The position numbers and the translations under genes were made by a program. The notes beneath the pieces were generated by a model, which did not search any database, was not told the origin of the DNA, and saw nothing but the letters and a program-made list of their open reading frames with translations. This document shows positions 17,936 to 25,106 of a DNA stretch of 33,403 bases, piece after piece. The first letter of the stretch is position 1; each line of letters starts with the position of its first letter. Source of the stretch: Gemmatimonadota bacterium (lineage in GTDB: Bacteria > Gemmatimonadota > Gemmatimonadetes > Gemmatimonadales > GWC2-71-9); assembly GCA_003221005.1 (NCBI GenBank), contig QHTZ01000061.1, positions 1 through 33,403 on the forward strand, given 5' to 3'.

Positions 17936-18735
17936 GACGCCACGACCGACGCCCGAACTCGTTGCCGCGGAACGAAGCGTCGTACCACGCTGCTCAGCGC
18001 CTCGTCGGGCGTGAGCGAGAGGCGCATTTCTCCCGCGGTCAACCCGAGGTACGCGCGGGCGTGCTGCTGCAGGGTTTTCACCTGAGAGTAGCCGAGGCGT
18101 TGCGACACGTCTTCAACGGTGAACCCTGGGTCCTGGAGCAGGCGGTGGGCATAGAGCACCCGCGCTGCCGCCAGGAAGTGCCGCGGGCTTGGCAGCCCGA
18201 TGCGGGTGAACCAGCGCTCGCAGGTGCGCCGGTCCACGCGCGCGCGCGCCGCGACCTGGCCCACGGTCTGCACCGCCGTCGGGGCCTGCAGCGCCTCTTC
18301 CAGTACCCACCGCAGCTCCTTCGGCAGCGGCGCGAGCGCGCCGGCGAGCTGCTCGAGAAACAGCCGCGAGGCCGTGCGCGCCCCCTCCTGGCCCAGCACC
18401 TCGCGCAGCCGCAACGGGTGGTCGTCGTAGCGCGCGAAAACGACGTGACGGATGCCGCGCTGGCCCAACGTCAGCAACACGGCGGCGGTCTCGGGAGAGA
18501 GGCTCGTGTACAGGATGAGCGGGAGCGACGGAAACAGCACGCGCAGCCGCTCGATCTCCTGAGCGCTGGGCGCTCCGTTCAGGAGCGGGTCCACCACGGC
18601 GAGCTCCACCGGTCGGCCGCGGATCGTGGCGAGCGCTTCGCCCCAGTTGAGCGCGCGCGCCAGGGTGAACCGCGGCGCGGCGGCGCGGCGCAGCTTGTGG
18701 AGCTGGATGTCGGGAACGGCAGCGAGAATCAGCAT
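17932..18735 (-). CDS. AraC-family regulator with receiver-like N-terminal domain
   Basis: C-terminal double HTH (TVGQVAARARVDRRTCERWF..IGLPSP...; TVEDVSQRLGYS....LQQH). N-terminal LAVVDP...FPSLPLILYT resembles REC but lacks the beta1 acidic pair. Confidence 0.88.
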   Translation of the reverse strand: MLILAAVPDIQLHKLRRAAAPRFTLARALNWGEALATIRGRPVELAVVDPLLNGAPSAQEIERLRVLFPSLPLILYTSLSPETAAVLLTLGQRGIRHVVFARYDDHPLRLREVLGQEGARTASRLFLEQLAGALAPLPKELRWVLEEALQAPTAVQTVGQVAARARVDRRTCERWFTRIGLPSPRHFLAAARVLYAHRLLQDPGFTVEDVSQRLGYSQVKTLQQHARAYLGLTAGEMRLSLTPDEALSSVVRRFVPRQRVRASVVAS

Positions 18736-18737
18736 AG

Positions 18738-18775
18738 TGTCGCAAAAGCGCCCTTCAATGCCGCAAAAACACCCT
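18738..18775 (+). promoter_or_regulatory. Putative AraC-type tandem binding site
   Basis: TGTCGCAAAAGCGCCCT (18738-18754) and TGCCGCAAAAACACCCT (18759-18775): 14/17 identical, 4-bp spacer. Confidence 0.65.
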
Positions 18776-18855
18776 AAAAAAGGCTCTCCCGGCCGACCAA
18801 GTTGGAGCGAGACGTGCGCACACTCACCCTTCAAAACTGGTTCAGGGAGGCTCCC

Positions 18856-18993
18856 ATGTCCCGCAAGCTTCGCGTCCTCGTCGCTCTGCTCCTCGTTTCG
18901 CTCGCGTACACCGCCGCTGCGTGTGCCGACGCCGCCGGCCCGCAGGTTCCCCACGTCAACGCCTGCGACACGAACGGCTCCGACGTCTGCTGA
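18856..18993 (+). CDS. 45-aa secreted/lipo-peptide ending in CDTNGSDVC
   Basis: GGAGG RBS 5 nt before the ATG; basic N-region, hydrophobic core, AAAC lipobox-like site; GC3-rich codons. Confidence 0.8.
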   Translation: MSRKLRVLVALLLVSLAYTAAACADAAGPQVPHVNACDTNGSDVC

Positions 18994-19137
18994 GGTCGCC
19001 CTGACCGGCTAGGCAGCCTCACTCGCGAGGTGCGTCCGAGAGTGCGAACACCCTCTCGCGGCGCCCTCGCTCCGCAGCACCGACTCCGCGTCTGCCGGGG
19101 GCTCGTGACGGGCGCCCCGGCGGCCGCGAGTCTTGTA

Positions 19138-20349
19138 CTAAGCGGGCTCCGCAACTAATTGCGCGAGCGACGCTGAGACTTCCCGCACGGCGTCGAGTCC
19201 CTTCATGATCCGCTCGATCTTGAACACGAACGCGTGAAGGCCAGCGCCCTCGGCGATCGTGAGCGCCCGGCGGAGCGAGGCCTCTCCACGCCGGAATCGC
19301 CCAAAGCGCGCCTCTCCGATGCCGGCTTTCAGATAGTAGTCGGCCAGTATGTTCGGTGGCATCGTCCGCTCGCGCTTGTGACAGCGAGCACGCATGCGCT
19401 CAAACCCAACCTGGTCGCGCCGATACGAAGCGCAGTGCATCAATTCGATCATCGCGTTGGTGACAGGGCCCTGGGTCGTCGCCCGGCGGATTACTTCGTT
19501 TAGCGCGCGTTCCGCTGCGACGGCGTCCCCGAGCGTCAGCAGCATCACGCCGACGTCACCTAGGGCGCGTAGCCGCGCTTCGGCGTCTTCGAATAGCTCG
19601 AACGCTCGCCAGGCGTGCCGCAAGGCCATGTCTGGTGAGCCGCGGTGCTGCAACACGGCGGCGAGGTTGTGCTCGGCGTGCGCCTCGACTGCGCGCTCGC
19701 CGGCTTTCCGTGCGTCCCCGAGCAGCTCCACGAGACGCTGCTCCGCCTCCGGGAAGTTGCCGCGTCCCTGCACCGTGACCGCCCGGCCGATTCGGCTGAG
19801 CAGCTCAGAGTGGCGGTCCCCTACTACCTTTGCCCGCTCCTCCGCCTCTGCATACGCCGCGTCCGCCTCGTCGAACCGGTTCAGCTTGCGGTTCACGCGG
19901 CCGGCGCGGAGCGACAACGCCACCGCGTCGGCCCCCGAAGCGCGTCCGCCAGCAACGCGCCGCAGCGTGTCCAGCGCATCAAGCGCCTCTTCCAGGTGGA
20001 GCGCGTCTTCCAGGAAATGCGCGTACGCGAACAAGCCGGGGGTGAGGAGGCGGATGTCGCTCTGGCGGTGTGCGGCCGCCGCGCTCGCGACGAGGCCATG
20101 CAGATGACCCCCTTCCGTCGCGATCCCTCGCAGGTCGCGGCAGAAGCGATCCGTGGCGGCCCACTGATACTCGAAGGCATCGGGGGGCACCGGATCGCGT
20201 GCGGGCTCGAGCAAGTCGATGAGCCGCAACGCGAGAAACGCCCCTTGCCCGAGCCGCGACTCCCGCCGCTTGCTTCCCTCGGGCTCGGAGATGCGGTGCA
20301 GAAAGACGGCGTGGGGTAGTACCGACAGTTCAGCGCGCGCGATGGACAT
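19138..20349 (-). CDS. TPR-repeat protein without an obvious enzymatic domain
   Basis: GAGGAG RBS; repeated TPR-like helices (AGRVNRKLNRFDEADAAYAEA; GRGNFPEAEQRL; HNLAAVLQHRG; GDVGVMLLTLGDAVAAERAL); no signal peptide. Confidence 0.82.
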   Translation of the reverse strand: MSIARAELSVLPHAVFLHRISEPEGSKRRESRLGQGAFLALRLIDLLEPARDPVPPDAFEYQWAATDRFCRDLRGIATEGGHLHGLVASAAAAHRQSDIRLLTPGLFAYAHFLEDALHLEEALDALDTLRRVAGGRASGADAVALSLRAGRVNRKLNRFDEADAAYAEAEERAKVVGDRHSELLSRIGRAVTVQGRGNFPEAEQRLVELLGDARKAGERAVEAHAEHNLAAVLQHRGSPDMALRHAWRAFELFEDAEARLRALGDVGVMLLTLGDAVAAERALNEVIRRATTQGPVTNAMIELMHCASYRRDQVGFERMRARCHKRERTMPPNILADYYLKAGIGEARFGRFRRGEASLRRALTIAEGAGLHAFVFKIERIMKGLDAVREVSASLAQLVAEPA

Positions 20350-20547
20350 CGCCCAGAGCTCTCCTCAAGGTCAGCGACGGCAACCGGCCCCCCAAGTGCA
20401 GCCACCGTGCCGAATGTCCAAGCCGCTAACGGCACACAACATAGCGCTTTCCGTCTAGGCGCGTTAGACCGCATTCTCCGCGGTTTCTTGCCTTTCGCCG
20501 CGTGATTCCGGTGCCGCGGGTCCCGGGGAGAGCGCCTAATTGGCCCC

Positions 20548-20976
20548 ATGCAACGGGGCTATACGGTCGTGGAGTTGGTTGTGGCGCTGGCCATCGTCGC
20601 CCTCGTGACGGCCGTCACACTCCCCAGTTTTGGCGACCTGTTGGATCGGATCGCAGTGGAGCGGGCGGCGTCTGAAATGACCGCCGCCTTCGCAGTGGCT
20701 CGGAACCGCGCGGTGCTGCGGGCGACCCGGGCACGCCTATCCATTGCCGCCGACTCTCTCCGTTTGGACGAAGGGGGGGACCGCGCCTGGGTCTCGGCGA
20801 CCCGCTGGCCGGGGCCGGACCAGCATCGGGTGACGCTCACCGTGTCTAACCCCGTCGTGACCTTCGACCCCAGGGGACTCGGCTGGGGGCTTGCCAACAC
20901 ACGGGTTGTGTTGTCACGAGGGTCGCAATCCGCAACGATCACGATGTCGCGCGTGGGGCGGGTGAAACGGTGGTAA
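20548..20976 (+). CDS. Prepilin-type N-methylation domain protein (FimT/GspH-like minor pilin)
   Basis: MQRG|YTVVELVVALAIVALV class III signal; AR.RAV; VTFDPRG; ITMSRVGRV. Confidence 0.88.
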   Translation: MQRGYTVVELVVALAIVALVTAVTLPSFGDLLDRIAVERAASEMTAAFAVARNRAVLRATRARLSIAADSLRLDEGGDRAWVSATRWPGPDQHRVTLTVSNPVVTFDPRGLGWGLANTRVVLSRGSQSATITMSRVGRVKRW

Positions 20977-20996
20977 GGGCTCTTCTGGGTGGGGGC

Positions 20997-21025
20997 GCAA
21001 CCATTCGAGGCCGGTGCGCATCTAA
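20997..21025 (+). promoter_or_regulatory. ECF-sigma-type promoter
   Basis: GCAACC (20997-21002), 16 nt, CATCTAA (21019-21025); resembles RpoE-class AAC...TCTAA promoters. Confidence 0.55.
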
Positions 21026-21030
21026 CTACC

Positions 21031-21195
21031 GTCGAGGGGCTCATGCCACCGGCCCCGAAACACCGACAGGGCCTCAAACGTAGAGAACGTAGAGACTGTA
21101 GGAAACTGTCGCTGATAAAGGCCGCGGTCGGAGTGTGACGGCCACTTCGCCCGGCCGCCAACCCGGGGAGTCTTTGGCCCCGGGTTTGGTTTTTC
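21031..21195 (+). ncRNA. Candidate sRNA with 9-nt repeats in a loop
   Basis: Lies between an ECF-like promoter and an intrinsic terminator. Hairpins flank AACGTAGAG-AACGTAGAG-ACTGTAGGA-AACTGTCG. Confidence 0.55.
21158..21194 (+). terminator. Intrinsic terminator
   Basis: CCAACCCGGGG / CCCCGGGTTTGG stem followed by TTTTT. Confidence 0.8.
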
Positions 21196-21202
21196 TGAAA
21201 CC

Positions 21203-21281
21203 GGGAAGAGGGACGCGGGAAGAGGGAAGGGTTTCACCTTCCCCCTTTCCCCCTTCCCCCTTTCCCTAATCCCCCTTTCCC
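21203..21281. repeat. Heptamer GGGAAGA-type repeats facing a C-rich heptamer tract
   Basis: GGGAAGA GGGACGC GGGAAGA GGGAAGG (21203-21230), then CCTTCCC/CTTTCCC units (21237-21281). Confidence 0.7.
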
Positions 21282-22169
21282 TAAAAACCGCCTCAACCCG
21301 TCCTCGAACGATAGTGGCTTGATCCCGAAGACGGACTCGATCGCGTTCCCGGGCGTGGCGGTCCCTTCCACCAGCATCCGGAGCTGGTCGCTGGTGATCG
21401 GCGCTGCGCGGCCCAAGGGATTGCTCAGCCGGGCGGCCAGCCGCACCACTCCCAGGGGCACGTGAATCAGGGGTCGGGGGTGGCCCGATGCGCGGCCGAT
21501 CGCGCGCACGAATTCTTCGAACGTGAGCACATCCGGCCCGCCCAGCTCGAAGGTGCCGACGAGGTCCGGCCGCTCCACCGCGAGGGCGAACGCCAGCGCG
21601 ACGTCTTCGATCCAGACGGGTTGAGTGGGAAACCGCCCGTCGCCAAAGACGGGCACGACCGGTGACCAGCGATGCGCTCGAGCGAGCGTGCGAACCGGAG
21701 CGTTCTCGGGCCCGTTGATGAGGGACGGCCGGAAGATCGCCGCGCGGAGTCCGGAGCTGCGCACGAACTCTTCGGCCTGCCACTTGGTGCGATGATAGGG
21801 CGTGGCACTCGGGTCGGGTCTGGCCCCCACTGCGCTCATGTGAACCATCCGCCGCACGCCCGTGTCGCGTGCCGCCTCGAGCACGCGCCGGGTCCCGTCC
21901 GCGTGCACTGCCGCGAACGTGCCGCCGCTCCCGCCCGACTCCACGATGATCCCCACCAGATGCACCGCCGCGTCGGCACCGCGGAGGAGAGTGTGGAGCG
22001 CCGTGGAATCAGCGAGCTCGCCGGGCACGGCGTCTGCGCCGCGCGCCGCGAGCAGTCGTGCCCCGCGCGCCGTGCGCGCCAGGCCCCGAACGGTGTGCCC
22101 GCGGCGCGATAGCTGATCGACGACGTGTCGGCCCACGAACCCAGTGGCGCCTGTAACCGCGACGCGCAC
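21234..22169 (-). CDS. NAD(P)-binding atypical SDR (NDUFA9-like / epimerase family)
   Basis: VAVTGATGFVG; HLVGII; HMSAVGA; YHRTKWQAE; FRPSLI.G; QPVWIEDVA; ELGGP. Confidence 0.92.
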   Translation of the reverse strand: MRVAVTGATGFVGRHVVDQLSRRGHTVRGLARTARGARLLAARGADAVPGELADSTALHTLLRGADAAVHLVGIIVESGGSGGTFAAVHADGTRRVLEAARDTGVRRMVHMSAVGARPDPSATPYHRTKWQAEEFVRSSGLRAAIFRPSLINGPENAPVRTLARAHRWSPVVPVFGDGRFPTQPVWIEDVALAFALAVERPDLVGTFELGGPDVLTFEEFVRAIGRASGHPRPLIHVPLGVVRLAARLSNPLGRAAPITSDQLRMLVEGTATPGNAIESVFGIKPLSFEDGLRRFLGKGGLGKGGRGKGGR

Positions 22170-22181
22170 GAGCCGGAAGCG

Positions 22182-23255
22182 CTATTCGGAGGGGCTGCTG
22201 CCCTCGTCCAGGAAGACCAGGGTGCGTCGCCGCGCGACGACCGCGGAGAGCGCCTCGAAGACCTTGGGATCGAGTACGGTGCCGGCGAGGTCCGCCATGC
22301 GCTCGACGGTCTGCTCGGGGCTCATCTTGTCCTGGTAGGGCCGCGAGGTGCAAAGGGCATCGTAGACCTCGGCCGCGCCGATGATGCGACCGCCCAGGGG
22401 GACGTCCTCCCCGCGCAGGCCGTCGGGATAGCCCGTGCCGTCCCACCGCTCGTGGTGGCTGCGCACCATTGCGATGATGTGCTCCAGGTGCGGCAGCGGA
22501 GCCAGGATCTGCGAGCCGATCAGGACGTGCTGCTTGACGTGCTCAAACTCCTCGGGGGTGAGCGCGCCGTGCTTGTTCAGCACCACCTCCCGCGTTCCGA
22601 TCTTCCCGACGTCGTGCAGGCGCCCGGCCACACGGACGTGCTCGACCGCTTCCTCGCCCAGCCCCAGCTGGGCGGCGATCGTCGCCGAGAGGTCCGCGAC
22701 CCGCGCGGAATGCCCGCGCATGTACGGGTCCTTCGCCTCGAGCGCGTTCACCAGCGCCTCGAGCGTCGCGACGGAGATCTCCTCGAGCTTGCGGCGCTCG
22801 CGGTGCAGCTCGGCGGTGCGCGTGGTCACCTCTTCCTTGAGCCAGGTGTTCAGCTCGCGGCTCTCCAACAGCATGTCACGGCGCTTCAGGGCGCGCTGCA
22901 CCGCCCGGCCCAGGTCGGCGAGCTCGATCGGCTTGGTGAGGTAGTCCATGGCGCCGCGCTGCATGCAGAGGGCGGCGCTCGTCGCGTCGTTCACCGCGGT
23001 CAGCATCAGGATCGCGAGGTCGGGCTCGATTTCGAGCGCCTGGGGAACGAGGTCCACGCCGCTGGTGCCCGGCATGCGGATGTCGCAGAGCATCAGGCCG
23101 ATCTTGTGGCGTCTCAGCTGATTGAGCGCCTCGTCCCCCGACGCGGCAGCGTACACCTCGAACTGCTGCTGGGTCAGGAACTTCTTGAGGGCGTTGCGGA
23201 TCGGCTCTTCGTCGTCTACGACCAGCACGGCGACGGGACCAGCGCGTTCAGCCAC
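22182..23255 (-). CDS. Response regulator with HD-GYP phosphodiesterase domain (RpfG-like)
   Basis: REC (VVDDE, CDIRMP, KP) plus GHS.RVA, LHDVGKIG, HHERWDGTGYPDGL; AAGGAG RBS before GTG 23255. Confidence 0.95.
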   Translation of the reverse strand: MAERAGPVAVLVVDDEEPIRNALKKFLTQQQFEVYAAASGDEALNQLRRHKIGLMLCDIRMPGTSGVDLVPQALEIEPDLAILMLTAVNDATSAALCMQRGAMDYLTKPIELADLGRAVQRALKRRDMLLESRELNTWLKEEVTTRTAELHRERRKLEEISVATLEALVNALEAKDPYMRGHSARVADLSATIAAQLGLGEEAVEHVRVAGRLHDVGKIGTREVVLNKHGALTPEEFEHVKQHVLIGSQILAPLPHLEHIIAMVRSHHERWDGTGYPDGLRGEDVPLGGRIIGAAEVYDALCTSRPYQDKMSPEQTVERMADLAGTVLDPKVFEALSAVVARRRTLVFLDEGSSPSE

Positions 23256-23326
23256 GGGGGCTCCTTGCGAATCGGGCGGGCAGGTGGGGCCAAACATGGC
23301 GCTCCCCGCTGGGTCGCGCCAGCGTA

Positions 23327-24199
23327 TCAGCCATCGCCGCCCACGAACGTGAGATCGACGGGTCGGGGGAGGAACCCGGCCGCCGCGCCCCGGCGGAGCA
23401 GCTCGGCCACCGCGCGCCGGCCCACAGCTCCGTAGTCCACCGTGAAGGCGTTCACGTACATCTCCACGAACTGGTCCGTCCGCGCGGCGTCGAGCCCGCG
23501 GCTGAACTGGCGCGCGTGGGCGAGCGCTTCAGCCCGGTGCGCCAGGGCGTACTCGATGCTCGCCTTCAAGTCCCGCGCGATCTCCCGCATCAGCGGGGCC
23601 CCGAGATCCCTTCGCACCACGTTGCCGCCCAGGGGCAGCGGGAGGCCGGTCTCGCGGTGCCACCACTCGCCCAGGTCCACCCACAGCTCGAGCCCGCGGT
23701 CGGAATGGGTCAGTTGACCTTCGTGAATGAGCAGTCCGGCGTCGGCTTTTCCGGCGGCGACGTAATCCTCGATCTCGTCGAACGGGACGACCACGTACGC
23801 GACCGCAGGTTGCAGCAGGCGTAGCACGAGGAATGCGGTCGTCAGCTCTCCCGGGACCGCTACACGGCGGCCGGCGAGCGCGGCCCGCGGGTCCGCGGGC
23901 GGCCGCTCACGCGCGACGAGGCGTGGCCCGTACCGGTCCCCGATGCTCGCTCCGTGCGCCAGCAGCGCATAGCGCTCCGCGAGATAGGCGTAGGCGTGGA
24001 GCGAGACTGCACTCACTTCGAGCTCCCCGCGCAGGGCACGCCGGTTCAAGGTCTCGATGTCCGAGAGCTCGTGGACGTAGCGCCGGGAGCCCGTGTCGAT
24101 CTTCCCCGAGGCGAGCGGCCAGAACATGAAGGCGTCGTCGGCGTCGGGGCTGTGGGCCACGTGGATCGTGCGCTGCGCTGCCGGGGAGTGTGTCGCCAT
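23327..24199 (-). CDS. mqnD: MqnD-type 1,4-dihydroxy-6-naphthoate synthase (futalosine pathway; MqnA/MqnD family)
   Basis: HSPDADDAFMF; DIETLN; GYGP-like DRYGP; PGELTTA; GLLIHEGQLT; DLGEWW..ETGLPLPLGG; MYVN. Confidence 0.88.
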   Translation of the reverse strand: MATHSPAAQRTIHVAHSPDADDAFMFWPLASGKIDTGSRRYVHELSDIETLNRRALRGELEVSAVSLHAYAYLAERYALLAHGASIGDRYGPRLVARERPPADPRAALAGRRVAVPGELTTAFLVLRLLQPAVAYVVVPFDEIEDYVAAGKADAGLLIHEGQLTHSDRGLELWVDLGEWWHRETGLPLPLGGNVVRRDLGAPLMREIARDLKASIEYALAHRAEALAHARQFSRGLDAARTDQFVEMYVNAFTVDYGAVGRRAVAELLRRGAAAGFLPRPVDLTFVGGDG

Positions 24200-24297
24200 C
24201 GGTGCGGGAATCTAACTGGCAGGATTGTGGGCGGCAGCGTAGTGTATCGACTGATGCTGCGAACTCTCGCCAGTTGCGCCCCAAGCCGCCCGGTCCG

Positions 24298-24561
24298 ATG
24301 AGCGCCCCCTTTCCAGGTCAGGAGCGGGCCAAGCACATGGGCGAGCTGAAGCGAGGCGACCAGCGGTGGGAGGTGTTCGTCGAAACCCAGCCCGACGGGG
24401 AGCTGAACGCGGCGCGGGGGCGGGTGCATTTCGTCAGCGGCGACCGGCATCGGGTGACCTCGTGGATCTTCCTGGAGCCGACTGAGCGAGACATCCAGGA
24501 GCGGTTCGGCGAATTTTCGGCCGTGGAGTTGTGGCACTTCGTCGAGGCGCTCGACGGCTGA
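24298..24561 (+). CDS. Small hypothetical protein
   Basis: 87-aa ORF with good codon bias (GRVHF...TSWIFLE); alternative start at ATG 24337. Confidence 0.7.
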   Translation: MSAPFPGQERAKHMGELKRGDQRWEVFVETQPDGELNAARGRVHFVSGDRHRVTSWIFLEPTERDIQERFGEFSAVELWHFVEALDG

Positions 24562-25106
24562 CGCGCACGCGGACGCTGTGCCTCGTCGCCGGGTTGGGGC
24601 TGTGTGCGTGTGACGGAGTCTCTCGCGCCGGCGACACCACGGGCGTCCAGACGCTGGGGCGTTGGGAATGGCGCGGGCGTCTCGTCGTCGAGCTCGATCC
24701 CCGCGTCACGTTGGTCCGCCTGCGGATCGATACGGGCGGGGTGGGAGGGGTGGGGGGCGCGGGGGGTGATGTGGTGCTCGCCCGCTACGAGTTCAATCCG
24801 ACGGCGGCCGTCGGCGATGAGTACGCGCTCGCTCTAGGACTCGAGCTCGGGCGGGTGCGCGACCTCCGACCTGGCGTGTCATACGCGGTCGGCGCGCCGC
24901 CCGGGGTGATTCCCGCGCACGCGACGGTCACCTGCCTGTGCCGGCCCCTGCGGGAGGATTCGATCCGGGGCAGCTTCCGGCTGGCGACGCGAGGGTTGCG
25001 GCAGCTCACGGGCCGGATCGATGCGACGGTGTATCTTACGGAGTGGAACGATCCCGCACGCCACGCGACGTATTCGCTGCACCAACGCATTGACGCCATC
25101 AAGTAA
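24558..25106 (+). CDS. Hypothetical lipoprotein; start uncertain
   Basis: Lipobox-like LCAC after a hydrophobic stretch; beta-rich; CLC motif; overlaps both neighbours. Confidence 0.65.
   Translation: MTRTRTLCLVAGLGLCACDGVSRAGDTTGVQTLGRWEWRGRLVVELDPRVTLVRLRIDTGGVGGVGGAGGDVVLARYEFNPTAAVGDEYALALGLELGRVRDLRPGVSYAVGAPPGVIPAHATVTCLCRPLREDSIRGSFRLATRGLRQLTGRIDATVYLTEWNDPARHATYSLHQRIDAIK

Noticed and set aside
21077-21111. CRISPR array
   Set aside because: 9-nt tandem units without spacers; no cas genes in the window.
21043-21138. 31-aa ORF MPPAPKHRQGLKRRERRDCRKLSLIKAAVGV
   Set aside because: Uses rare AGA/AGG/ATA codons, the SD-like sequence is only 3 nt from the ATG, and the repeats fit an RNA loop. 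Not fully excluded.
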